The position numbers and the translations under genes were made by a program. Positions 49,109 through 58,408 of a DNA stretch of 64,000 nucleotides are shown one piece after another. The notes beneath the pieces are model-generated. The model was not told the origin of the DNA and did not search any database. It was given only the letters and a program-made list of their open reading frames with translations. This DNA comes from an uncultured bacterium (GTDB lineage: Bacteria; Desulfobacterota; Deferrimicrobia; Deferrimicrobiales; Deferrimicrobiaceae), in assembly GCA_964612075.1 (NCBI GenBank), contig CAZTFC010000007.1, forward strand, positions 4,249 to 68,248, written 5' to 3'. How positions within the stretch are numbered: the first letter of the stretch is position 1; each line of letters opens with the position of its first letter.

Positions 49109-51124
49109 TCAGTGACGCGAAGGGGCGTCGCCCGGGAGCAGCATGCGGATGGCCTGCCCGAGCTCGCCCATCTGGTAGGGCTTGGCGATGACGCCGCCGA
49201 AGCCGTAGTCCCGGTACATGGCGAGGATCGGGTCCTGGGAATAGCCGCTGGACACGATCACCTTCGCGTCGGGATCGATGTCGAGCAGCCTGCGGACGGC
49301 CTCCTTCCCTCCCATCGCGCCCGGGACGGTGAGGTCGAGGATCACGGCGTCGAACGGGGCCCCCGCCTTCATGGCTTCGACGTAGGCGTCGACCGCCCTC
49401 GATCCGTCGGGCACCGCGTGCCCCTCGTAGCCCATCGCCTCGAGCATGGACACCGCCACGTCCCTCACCATCTCCTCGTCGTCCATCACGAGGATCTTCC
49501 CGATGCCCGGGTGCGGCGCGGGGCCGGGATCGGGGATCTCCCGCACGGCCGTCGCCGCGGCGGGCAGGAAGATGGAAACGGTCGTCCCCCTGCCGGTCGA
49601 CGAATCCACGGTGATCGTGCCCTCGTGCCGCCTGACGATGGAATAGGCCGTGGCCAGCCCGAGGCCGGTGCCTTTTTCCTTCGTCGTGAAGAACGGGTTG
49701 AAGATCTTCCCGGCGTTCTCCTCCGGGATGCCGGCCCCCCGGTCCTCGACGTCGATCTTCACGTAGGCGCCCGGCGGCAGGGTACAGCCGGGAAGCTTCT
49801 CCACGTCGATGTTCCGGGCATCGACGCGGATGGCGCCGCCCTCGGGGCTGGCCTGCGCCGCGTTGAGGACGATGTTGTTGATGACCTGGCCGATCTGCCC
49901 GGGGTCGATGTCCACCGGCGAGAGGTCCTCCGCGACCGTGATCCGGCACTTGACGGTCGATCCCCGGAGGGCGAAGTTCGCGGACTCCTCGACGAGCCGG
50001 TTGATGCTGGAGGCCTGGCGGACGGGCGCCCCGCCCTTGGAGAAGGTGAGGAGCTGCCGGGTCAGGCTCTGGGCGCGGATCGCCGCCTTCTCCGCCTCCA
50101 GGAGGCGGGACCAGGTCGCTTCCCCGGGATCGACCCCGAGCTTTGCGAGGGAGAGGTACCCCATGACGGCGGTGAGGATGTTGTTGAAGTCGTGCGCGAT
50201 CCCCCCCGCCAGGATTCCTATGGATTCGAGCACGTTCGACTTGCGAAGCTCCTCCTCGGCCTGCTTCTTCCCCGTGACGTCCCGGAAGATGCCGCGTCCC
50301 GCGACGGGCTTCCCGTCCTCGAAGCGGCAGTTGATGCGCCCTTCCGCGGGGATCCGTCGGCCGTCCTTCGAGAGGAAGACCGTCTCGATGTTCCCCGGGT
50401 CCTTCCCGGCCATCACCTGGCGCAGCAGCTCCTCGTGCCGTTCCCTGCATTCCGGCGCGACGACGTCGGCCACGGAGAGCCGCTCGACCTCCTCCTCCGT
50501 GTAGCCGAGGGATTCGCGCCAGGCGCGGTTCACGAACAGGAAGCGGCCGTCCGGGGACACGCTTTCGATGAGGTCCAGGGCGTTTTCGAAGAAGTCCCGC
50601 AGCCTCTCCTCGCTCTCCCGAAGCGCCTTCTCGGCCGTTTTTCTCTCCGTGATGTCGCTGTTGCTGCCGCGGATGCCCAGGTACCGGCCGTTCTCCCCGA
50701 AGACGGGGCGGCCCCGGTGCTTGATCCAGCGCGTCTCCCCGTTCCGGTGGACGATGCGCAGCTCGAGCTGCCCGGGCACGAGGTCGGCCGACATCCGGCG
50801 GGAAAGATCCAGCCACATCTCCCGGTCTTCCGGGTGGACGATGGACAGGAACATGTCCCTGGATTCGTGGAATCGCGAGGGGGGGTACCCGGAGATCGTC
50901 TCGCAGGAAGGGCTGACGTAGAGCATCTCCCCGTCCGGGCCGTGCCAGAAGATCCAGTTGGTCGCGAATTCGGCGAGGGTGCGGTAGCGTTCCTCCTGCT
51001 CCCGGAGGGCGTTTTCCATCCGCTTCCTCTGGTCGATCTCCGAGCGGAGCATGCCGATCGCGTCGCGCAGCTCCTCGAGCTGCCGGTTCAACGGCTCTCC
51101 CGCCGCGGGAATCTCATCCGACAT
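49109..51124 (-). CDS. hybrid sensor histidine kinase / response regulator with two PAS domains
   Basis: Two PAS/PAC modules, HisKA H-box (GGIAHDFNNIL), HATPase_c (GTGLGL), C-terminal receiver (ILVMDDE...VILDLTVPG). Start at MSDEIP, which has an AGGAGGGA ribosome-binding site. Confidence 0.85.
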   Translation of the reverse strand: MSDEIPAAGEPLNRQLEELRDAIGMLRSEIDQRKRMENALREQEERYRTLAEFATNWIFWHGPDGEMLYVSPSCETISGYPPSRFHESRDMFLSIVHPEDREMWLDLSRRMSADLVPGQLELRIVHRNGETRWIKHRGRPVFGENGRYLGIRGSNSDITERKTAEKALRESEERLRDFFENALDLIESVSPDGRFLFVNRAWRESLGYTEEEVERLSVADVVAPECRERHEELLRQVMAGKDPGNIETVFLSKDGRRIPAEGRINCRFEDGKPVAGRGIFRDVTGKKQAEEELRKSNVLESIGILAGGIAHDFNNILTAVMGYLSLAKLGVDPGEATWSRLLEAEKAAIRAQSLTRQLLTFSKGGAPVRQASSINRLVEESANFALRGSTVKCRITVAEDLSPVDIDPGQIGQVINNIVLNAAQASPEGGAIRVDARNIDVEKLPGCTLPPGAYVKIDVEDRGAGIPEENAGKIFNPFFTTKEKGTGLGLATAYSIVRRHEGTITVDSSTGRGTTVSIFLPAAATAVREIPDPGPAPHPGIGKILVMDDEEMVRDVAVSMLEAMGYEGHAVPDGSRAVDAYVEAMKAGAPFDAVILDLTVPGAMGGKEAVRRLLDIDPDAKVIVSSGYSQDPILAMYRDYGFGGVIAKPYQMGELGQAIRMLLPGDAPSRH

Positions 51125-51421
51125 CCGCCGATTTCCCTCCTGTCGCACACTGCTTCCGGACCGGCCGGCAGGGGCGACGGCTGATCAGGATACCACCGCG
51201 GAAACCCGTCCGCCACCTGTCCCTGTTTTTTCGGAAAAAACCGGGCGGACCTTCATCCCCGCCGCGCGGAAGAGGGCCGGGAGAGGTGGGCGGCGCGGCC
51301 GGGGACCGGGAACGGTTTCACGCGCCGGGCAGCGTTACCGCTTGGTCTTCCATATCGCCGATGTTATCTTCAAGGGAAGTTCCTGGACAGTCCAAAGGCG
51401 GCTCTGGCGCGGAGGTGACCC

Positions 51422-52975
51422 TTGAACTATCCGGTTTGGTACCTGCCTGAAGTCGGCGGCGGACTGCTGATCGCCATCATCGCCGTCGTCCACGTCTTCA
51501 TCTCCCATTTCGCGGTGGGGGGCGGGCTGTACCTCGTGCTCGCCGAGCGTAAGGGGATCCGGGAGAAAAGCGCGGCGATCCTCGAATTCACCCGCTCCCA
51601 CACCAAGTTTTTCCTCCTTATGACCGTCGTCGCGGGCGGCATCACCGGCGTCGCCATATGGTGGATCATCTCCCTGGTGCATCCCGCAGCCACCTCCCTC
51701 CTGATCCACACCTTCGTCTTCGGCTGGGCCATCGAGTGGGTGTTCTTCCTCGTGGAGATCGTTTCGATCTTCATCTACTTCTATACGTTCGGCCGCATGG
51801 ACGACCGGACCCACCAGATCATGGGGTGGATCTATTTCATCGCCGCCTGGCTCAGCCTGTTCGTGATCAACGGCATCATCGGGTTCATGCTGGATCCCGG
51901 CACATGGCCGGAGGACCGCTCGTTCTGGTCCGGATTCTTCAACCCGCTGTTCTGGCCCGCCCTCGTCTTCCGGACGGCGGTCGCCTGCATGTTCGCGGGA
52001 GTGTATGCCTTCCTGACCACCGCGTTCCTCGACGACCCGGGGACGAAGCGTTCCATGACCCTGTTTTCCGCGAAATGGGTCCTCGTCTCCTGGCTGACCG
52101 CCATCCCGTGCGGCATCTGGTATTACCTGGCCGTTCCTGCGGAAGCGCGGGCGCTGATCGCCGGCGCTTCCCCGACCATCCAGCGGGCGCTCCAGGCGGG
52201 CTTGTGGGCGGTCTCGGCGCTCGCCGTGCTGACGCTGCTCCTCGTCATCCTCAAGCCGGCCCGACATACGCGTCCCGTTTCGTTCTTCATATTCCTTTGC
52301 GCCCTGGTGTTCATGGGGGCGTTCGAATGGACCCGCGAGGCGGCGAGGAGGCCCTACGTGGTCAACAGGGTGCTGTACTCCAACGGCATCGCGCGGGCGG
52401 ACGTACCGAGGCTTCAACGCACCGGCTACCTCGAGGCCGCCCTGTGGACAAGGCACAAGGGGGTCGATGAGGAGAACCTTGCGGAGGCGGGCAAGGAGCT
52501 TTTCGTCCACCAGTGCCATGCCTGCCACACCATCGGCGGGGCCAACAACGACATCCTGGCCCGGACGCGGAGCATGTCGTTTCCCGCGATGGCTTCCTAC
52601 ATCCGGACGATCCACGAGAAGCGGTATTTCATGCCCCCCTTCGCCGGCACCGAAGCCGAAGTGCGGGCGCTGGCGACGTTCATCGTGGGCGGGCTGCACG
52701 GAAAGGAAATCGCCGAGAGGCGGCCGTCCGCGGCGGGGGCCCCTTCCGGAAGGGACGTTTTCGAGGAGCATTGTTCCGCCTGCCACACCCTGAGCGGCGG
52801 GGACAACCCGGTTTCGCCGAAGGTGGCCGGATGGGACCGGAAGAGGATCCGGGGAGCGCTCGACCGGCTGGAAACGCTCGCGGACGGCGCCATGCCGCCC
52901 CTCAAGGCCTCGCCGGCGGAAAAGGACGCCCTTTCCGATTTCCTGGTCTCGACGCAGCGGGGAGGTGCGCAATGA
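51422..52975 (+). CDS. cytochrome bd-family (CydA-like) membrane subunit fused to a C-terminal dihaem cytochrome c domain
   Basis: N-terminal 9-TM region carries CydA-like landmarks: His in TM1 (VHVFISHF), AIEWVFFLVE resembling the CydA AIEG..FFLE segment, EWTREAARRPY resembling the GRQPW region. C-terminal soluble part has two CxxCH motifs (CHACH, CSACH). TTG start with a GGAGGTGA ribosome-binding site. Confidence 0.65.
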   Translation: MNYPVWYLPEVGGGLLIAIIAVVHVFISHFAVGGGLYLVLAERKGIREKSAAILEFTRSHTKFFLLMTVVAGGITGVAIWWIISLVHPAATSLLIHTFVFGWAIEWVFFLVEIVSIFIYFYTFGRMDDRTHQIMGWIYFIAAWLSLFVINGIIGFMLDPGTWPEDRSFWSGFFNPLFWPALVFRTAVACMFAGVYAFLTTAFLDDPGTKRSMTLFSAKWVLVSWLTAIPCGIWYYLAVPAEARALIAGASPTIQRALQAGLWAVSALAVLTLLLVILKPARHTRPVSFFIFLCALVFMGAFEWTREAARRPYVVNRVLYSNGIARADVPRLQRTGYLEAALWTRHKGVDEENLAEAGKELFVHQCHACHTIGGANNDILARTRSMSFPAMASYIRTIHEKRYFMPPFAGTEAEVRALATFIVGGLHGKEIAERRPSAAGAPSGRDVFEEHCSACHTLSGGDNPVSPKVAGWDRKRIRGALDRLETLADGAMPPLKASPAEKDALSDFLVSTQRGGAQ

Positions 52976-54036
52976 TCCTGCCGATCCCGGCCCTCGAAGC
53001 GCTTCCGGCCGCCTGGGGATGGTTCCAGGGGCTCCTGATGCTGATGTTCCCGCTCCACCTGCTCCTGATGAACGCGATGCTCGGCTTCGCGGTCATCTCG
53101 CTGTATGCCCTGCTGAAGGGCGGGAAGACCGAGCGGCGGCTTGCCCACGAACTGGCCAAGGCGCTCCCGCTCCTCATCGCCTTCGCCGTCAACTTCGGGG
53201 TCGCGGCCCTGTTGTTCCTCCAGGCGATCCTCGGGAACTTCTTCTACACGAGTTCGGTGCTGATGGCGGTCTACTGGCTGGCCGTCCCGGCGATCCTGGT
53301 CGTCGCCTACTACGCCGCCTACATCTACGACTTCCGGTTCGAGTCCCTCGGGAAGGCCGCCGCGGTCCCGATCGCCCTCGCCACGGTTCTCTTCCTCGCG
53401 ATCGCCTTCCTCTTCACGAACAACACGACCCTCATGATCGAGCCGGTCCGCTGGAGCGGGTATTTCTCCGATCCGGGGGGTACCCTGCTGGAACCGGGAA
53501 GAGGCTCCATGTGGGCGCGCTACCTCCATTTCGTGACCAGCGGGCTGGCGGTGGGCGGGGTGTCCGTGGCCGTGTTCGGGCGCTGGAAGGAAAGACAGGA
53601 TCCGACGCTGGGAGAGCGCGCCGTCAGGATCGGCATGCACTCGTTCACGATGCTCACGGCGCTGCAGCTGGGGCTGGGGGTCTTGTACCTCGTCTCGCTG
53701 CCGCGTCCCGTGATGATGCTCTTCATGGGGGGCGGGAAGGCGGAGACCGGGATGCTGATCGCCGGCCTGGCGCTCACCGTCGGCGCCCTGGCGGCGGGGT
53801 TCCTGCAGAAGGTGGCCTTGAGCGCCGGCCTCGCGGTCTCCCTGGTCTACGTGATGGCCTTCATGCGGGACGCGGTCCGCACCGCCAGCCTCAAGCCGTT
53901 CTACGCACCGGAGACGCTCGCGGTCGTGGCGGAGTATTTGCCGCTGCTGCTGTTCGTCGTCCTCCTGGTCCTCGGCGCGGCCGTCATCGCCTGGATGCTT
54001 TGGAAGACCGTCCAGGTCTATCGCGACGCGGATTGA
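52972..54036 (+). CDS. polytopic membrane protein, putative second subunit (CydB- or CydA'-like) of the bd-like complex
   Basis: 354 aa, about 8 TM helices. First helix FPLHLLLMNAMLGFAV...GGK loosely resembles the CydA TM1 pattern. ATGA coupling to the upstream gene. Confidence 0.5.
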   Translation: MILPIPALEALPAAWGWFQGLLMLMFPLHLLLMNAMLGFAVISLYALLKGGKTERRLAHELAKALPLLIAFAVNFGVAALLFLQAILGNFFYTSSVLMAVYWLAVPAILVVAYYAAYIYDFRFESLGKAAAVPIALATVLFLAIAFLFTNNTTLMIEPVRWSGYFSDPGGTLLEPGRGSMWARYLHFVTSGLAVGGVSVAVFGRWKERQDPTLGERAVRIGMHSFTMLTALQLGLGVLYLVSLPRPVMMLFMGGGKAETGMLIAGLALTVGALAAGFLQKVALSAGLAVSLVYVMAFMRDAVRTASLKPFYAPETLAVVAEYLPLLLFVVLLVLGAAVIAWMLWKTVQVYRDAD

Positions 54037-54040
54037 CGGC

Positions 54041-54523
54041 TTACGGGCGGGTCAGGGAGCGGACGGTCTCCGCTTCGCCGGGATGCGCCGCAAGGAGCTC
54101 GTCCCTCGCGGCCAGCTCGAAATCCCCGAAGTCGAAGCCGGGGGCCACGACGCAGGAGACCAGGCAGTAGTCGCCGGTCGGCCGGGCCGCCTGGAAGGCT
54201 CCCGCCGGGACGACCGTCGCGGGCGGGCCGCCGTCCCCCACCGACGCGATCGTCCTGCGCTCCGCTCCGCCGGGGGACAGGATGAACAGCTCGACCGGGC
54301 CGCCGGACAGGTGGATCCAGGCCTCCTCGCTCCGGAGCCGATGGAAGGCCGAGAACTCCCCGCGGCGCAGGCAGAACCAGATCGCGGTGAACGCCGGGCG
54401 CGGGCCGGGATATCCCGGGAGATTCTCGAGAACGGCCCCCGAGCAGTGGAATTCCCGGTACCATCCCCCCTCGGGATGGGGGGACAGGCCGTACGACCGG
54501 ATGATCGCGTCCGCGTCCGTCAT
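54041..54523 (-). CDS. cupin-domain protein (DUF985-like)
   Basis: 160 aa with cupin beta-barrel motifs (PHPEGGWYREF, AFHRLRSEEAWIHLSG). Start at MTDADAII. Confidence 0.65.
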   Translation of the reverse strand: MTDADAIIRSYGLSPHPEGGWYREFHCSGAVLENLPGYPGPRPAFTAIWFCLRRGEFSAFHRLRSEEAWIHLSGGPVELFILSPGGAERRTIASVGDGGPPATVVPAGAFQAARPTGDYCLVSCVVAPGFDFGDFELAARDELLAAHPGEAETVRSLTRP

Positions 54524-54541
54524 GACGTAGAATTTACCATT

Positions 54542-55204
54542 ATGAAGTTCCCGCGTCTCCCCGTGGCCCGGGCGGCCCGCTTCCTGCTGCCGATGGCCGT
54601 ATTCCTGCTGACGCCGGCCTTCCAACCCGCCCGCGCGGGGGAGGCGTCGGGATGGGAGCTCACGCCGTTCGCCGGGCTCCATCTCGGCGGCTCCTTCGAG
54701 GACAACACCACGGGGGCGGACCTGGACGCGAAGGACGGGGGGGTCTTCGGTTTCATCCTGGGAATTCCGGACGAGCCCGACACCCGATACGAGTTCCTCT
54801 ACGCGTTCCAGCGGACGAAGCTCGAGGGCGGCGGGGCGCTCGGAGGGGAGCCGCTCTTCGACCTCGACGTCCATTACTTCCACCTGGGCGGCTCCTACCG
54901 GATCCCGACCGGGGGAAAGGTCCGGCCGTTCGTCGCCGGGGGGCTCGGGGCCACGCATTTCGCCCCCCGCGGGAACGGGCCGGACGCGAAGACCTATTTT
55001 TCCGTTTCGTTGGGCGGGGGGGCGATGGTCCCGGTTTCCGGGCGCGTCTCGCTGCGGCTCGAAGGGAGAGGCTTCCTGACGGTCCTCCCGGACGACACGG
55101 AGGTCTTCTGCGTCTCCTCCGGCGGCGCCGCCTGCCGCGTCGACGTCCGGGGCGACGTGTTCGGGCAGTTCCTCCTGACGGCGGGGATCGTTTTCTCCCT
55201 CTGA
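54542..55204 (+). CDS. outer-membrane beta-barrel protein (OmpW/OmpA-like porin family)
   Basis: Signal peptide, alternating amphipathic beta-strands, C-terminal aromatic residue (…GIVFSL). Confidence 0.6.
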   Translation: MKFPRLPVARAARFLLPMAVFLLTPAFQPARAGEASGWELTPFAGLHLGGSFEDNTTGADLDAKDGGVFGFILGIPDEPDTRYEFLYAFQRTKLEGGGALGGEPLFDLDVHYFHLGGSYRIPTGGKVRPFVAGGLGATHFAPRGNGPDAKTYFSVSLGGGAMVPVSGRVSLRLEGRGFLTVLPDDTEVFCVSSGGAACRVDVRGDVFGQFLLTAGIVFSL

Positions 55205-58200
55205 TCAGCCCCCGATCCCGGCGTGGTACTGCTGCAGGCTGCGCAGCGTCCCCGGCCCGCCTTTCATCGCCGCGATCCCCTTGGCCGTGGCGATCGCGGC
55301 GGCGGTGGTCGTGATGTAGGGGATCCGGAACCGGATCGCCGCCTTGCGGATGTAGGAGTCGTCGTGCGCGCCGGTCTTGCCCACCGGCGTGTTGACCACC
55401 AGGTGGATCTCCCCGTTCTTGATGGCGTCGGTGATGTTGGGGCGCCCCTCGTGCACCTTCTTGATCGTCTGGGCCGGGACGCCGTTCGCCTCGAGGTACT
55501 TCCGCGTCCCGTCCGTGGCCACGATGGAGAAGCCGAGCTCCGCGAAGCGCCGGGCCGCCTCCAGCGCCCCCGCCCGGTCGCTGTCGTGCACGGTGATGAG
55601 GACCGTCCCCGACAGCGGCAGCGCCTGCCCCGCGGCGAGCTGCGCCTTGTAGTACGCCTCCCCGTAGTTCTCCGCCATCCCGAGCACCTCGCCGGTGGAG
55701 CGCATCTCCGGCCCGAGGATCGGGTCGACCTCGGGGAACATGTTGAACGGGAACACGGCCTCCTTGACGCCGAAGTGCGGGATCGGGCGGCGGGCCAGCC
55801 CCAGGTCCGCGAGCTTCTTCCCGAGCATGACCTGGGTGGCCAGCCGCGCCATCGGGATGTTGCAGACCTTGCTGACGAGCGGCACGGTGCGGCTCGCCCG
55901 GGGGTTCGCCTCGAGGATGTAGACGATCTCCCCGGCGATGGCGTACTGGACGTTCATCAGCCCCACCACCCCGAACTCGACCGCGATCTTCTTCGTGTAT
56001 TCCTCGATGGTGTCGATGTGGCGGCGGGGGATGTTGACCGGCGGGATCACGCACGCGGAGTCGCCGGAGTGGACGCCGGCGAGCTCGATGTGCTCCATCA
56101 CCGCCGGGACGAAGGCGTCCGTGCCGTCCGAGATGGCGTCGGCCTCCGCCTCGATGGCGTCCTCGAGGAAGCGGTCGATCAGGATCGGCCGCTCGGGGGA
56201 GATCTCCACCGCCTTGGCCAGGTATTCGCGGAGCATCTCCTCGTCGTGCACCTTCTCCATCGCGCGCCCGCCGAGGACGTAGGACGGGCGGACCATCAGC
56301 GGGTAGCCGATCTTCTTGGCGATGGAGATCGCCTCCTCGAAGGTGGCGGCCATCCCCGATTCCGCCTGCGGGATCCCCAGCCGCTCGATGATCTTCCGGA
56401 ACCGGTCGCGGTCCTCGGCGAGGTCGATGACGGCGGGAGAGGTCCCGATGATCCTCACCCCGGCCGCCTCGAGCTCCGCGGCGAGGTTCAGCGGGGTCTG
56501 CCCGCCGAACTGCACGATCACCCCTTCGGGCTTCTCCTTTTCGTAGATCGCCAGCGCGTCCTCGAGCGTCAGCGGCTCGAAGTACAGCTTGTTGGATGTG
56601 TCGTAGTCGGTGGAGACGGTCTCGGGGTTGCAGTTGATCATGATCGACTCCAGCCCCTCGTCCCGGATGGCGAACGCGGCGTGGACGCAGCAGTAGTCGA
56701 ACTCGATCCCCTGCCCGATCCGGTTCGGGCCGCCGCCCAGCACCAGGATCTTCCGGCGGGGACTGGCCTCCACGCGGTCCGGCGCGTTGTAGGTGGAGTA
56801 GTAGTAGGCGGCGTTCTCCGCCCCGCTGACGGGCACGGCGTCCCACGCCTCGACGACGCCCAGGGCCGTCCGGCGGTCGCGGACCTCTTTTTCGGAGACG
56901 CCCAGAAGCTTCGCCAGGTACCGGTCCGCGAAGCCGTCCTTCTTCGCCCGGACGAGCAGGTCGTCCGGCGGCAGCTTCCCCCGGTGCTCGAGGATCCGCT
57001 CTTCCAGCTGGACGAGCTCTCGCATCTGCTCGATGAACCAGGCCTTGATGTGGGTCTTTTCGTGGAGGACGTCGACCGTCGCGCCCTTGCGCAGCGCCTC
57101 GTACATGACGAACTGGCGCTCGCTCGTCGCCTCGGAGAGCATCTCCATCAGCGCCTCGAGCGGCTTCCTGTGGAAGTCCTTCGCGAACCCCAGCCCGTAC
57201 CGGCCGATCTCGAGGGAGCGGATCGCCTTCTGGAGCGCCTCCTTGTAGTTCTTGCCGATGCTCATGACCTCGCCGACCGCGCGCATCTGCGTCCCGAGCC
57301 GGTCCTGCACCCCCTTGAACTTCTCGAAGGCCCAGCGGGCGAACTTCACGACGACGTAGTCGCCGGAGGGGGTGTACTTCTCGAGGCTGCCGTCCCTCCA
57401 GTAGGGGATCTCGTCGAGCGAGAGCCCGCAGGCGAGCAGGGAGGAGACGAAGGCGATGGGGAACCCGGTCGCCTTGGAGGCGAGGGCCGAGGAGCGGGAG
57501 GTGCGCGGGTTGATCTCGATCACGACGACCCGCCCGGTCTCCGGGTTGTGGGCGAACTGGATGTTCGTCCCGCCGATCACCTCGATGGCGTCCACGATGT
57601 CGTAGGAATATTTCTGAAGGCGCTCCTGGAGCTCCCGCGAGATCGTCAGCATGGGGGCGGTGCAGTAGGAGTCGCCGGTGTGCACGCCCATCGCGTCGAC
57701 GTTCTCGATGAAGCAGACCGTGATCTTCCGCCCCCCGGCGTCCCGCACGACCTCCAGCTCGAGCTCCTCCCAGCCGAGCACCGACTCCTCCACGAGGATC
57801 TGGCTCACGGGGCTGACCGAGAGCCCTCGGGTGGCGATCGTCTGGAACTCCTCCATGTTGTACGCGAAGCCTCCGCCCGTCCCACCCATGGTGTAGGCGG
57901 GCCGGATCACGACGGGCAGGCCGATCTCCCTGACGACCCGCAGGGCCTCCTCGTAGCTGGTGGCGATGTCGCTGCGGGGTACCTCGATGCCGAGCCGCGC
58001 CATGGTGTTCTTGAACTCCTGGCGGTCCTCCCCCCGCTTGATCGCGTCGATGTTGACCCCGATCACCTTCACCCCGTACTTCTCGAGGACCCCCGCGTTG
58101 GCCAGCGCCGAGGAGAGGTTCAGCCCGGTCTGCCCGCCCAGGTTCGGCAGCAGCGCGTCGGGGCGCTCCTTCGCGATGATCTCCGCGAGGGAGGCGACGT

Positions 58201-58408
58201 TGAGCGGCTCGATGTAGGTCACGTCCGCCATGGCCGGGTCGGTCATGATCGTCGCGGGGTTCGAGTTGACCAGGACGATCTCGTAGCCCAGCTTCCTCAG
58301 GGCCTTGCACGCCTGGGTCCCGGAATAGTCGAACTCGCATGCCTGCCCGATGATGATCGGGCCGGACCCGATGATCAGGATCTTGCGGATGTCGTCGCGT
58401 CTGGGCAT
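55205..58408 (-). CDS. carB: carbamoyl-phosphate synthase large subunit
   Basis: 1067 aa with duplicated ATP-grasp halves (IIGSGPIIIGQACEFDYSG and LVLGGGPNRIGQGIEFDYCC) and a C-terminal MGS-like domain. Start at MPRRDDIRK. Confidence 0.95.
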   Translation of the reverse strand: MPRRDDIRKILIIGSGPIIIGQACEFDYSGTQACKALRKLGYEIVLVNSNPATIMTDPAMADVTYIEPLNVASLAEIIAKERPDALLPNLGGQTGLNLSSALANAGVLEKYGVKVIGVNIDAIKRGEDRQEFKNTMARLGIEVPRSDIATSYEEALRVVREIGLPVVIRPAYTMGGTGGGFAYNMEEFQTIATRGLSVSPVSQILVEESVLGWEELELEVVRDAGGRKITVCFIENVDAMGVHTGDSYCTAPMLTISRELQERLQKYSYDIVDAIEVIGGTNIQFAHNPETGRVVVIEINPRTSRSSALASKATGFPIAFVSSLLACGLSLDEIPYWRDGSLEKYTPSGDYVVVKFARWAFEKFKGVQDRLGTQMRAVGEVMSIGKNYKEALQKAIRSLEIGRYGLGFAKDFHRKPLEALMEMLSEATSERQFVMYEALRKGATVDVLHEKTHIKAWFIEQMRELVQLEERILEHRGKLPPDDLLVRAKKDGFADRYLAKLLGVSEKEVRDRRTALGVVEAWDAVPVSGAENAAYYYSTYNAPDRVEASPRRKILVLGGGPNRIGQGIEFDYCCVHAAFAIRDEGLESIMINCNPETVSTDYDTSNKLYFEPLTLEDALAIYEKEKPEGVIVQFGGQTPLNLAAELEAAGVRIIGTSPAVIDLAEDRDRFRKIIERLGIPQAESGMAATFEEAISIAKKIGYPLMVRPSYVLGGRAMEKVHDEEMLREYLAKAVEISPERPILIDRFLEDAIEAEADAISDGTDAFVPAVMEHIELAGVHSGDSACVIPPVNIPRRHIDTIEEYTKKIAVEFGVVGLMNVQYAIAGEIVYILEANPRASRTVPLVSKVCNIPMARLATQVMLGKKLADLGLARRPIPHFGVKEAVFPFNMFPEVDPILGPEMRSTGEVLGMAENYGEAYYKAQLAAGQALPLSGTVLITVHDSDRAGALEAARRFAELGFSIVATDGTRKYLEANGVPAQTIKKVHEGRPNITDAIKNGEIHLVVNTPVGKTGAHDDSYIRKAAIRFRIPYITTTAAAIATAKGIAAMKGGPGTLRSLQQYHAGIGG

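Noticed and set aside
51380-51421. Possible sigma54 (-24/-12) promoter upstream of the bd-like operon (TGGCGC-N5-GGTGAC).
   Set aside because: It lacks the conserved GC of the -12 element, and it overlaps the ribosome-binding site, leaving no room for a leader.
51051-51425. 124-aa ORF spanning the kinase start and the divergent intergenic region.
   Set aside because: It overlaps the well-supported kinase N-terminus on the opposite strand, has low-complexity translation and shows no conserved features.
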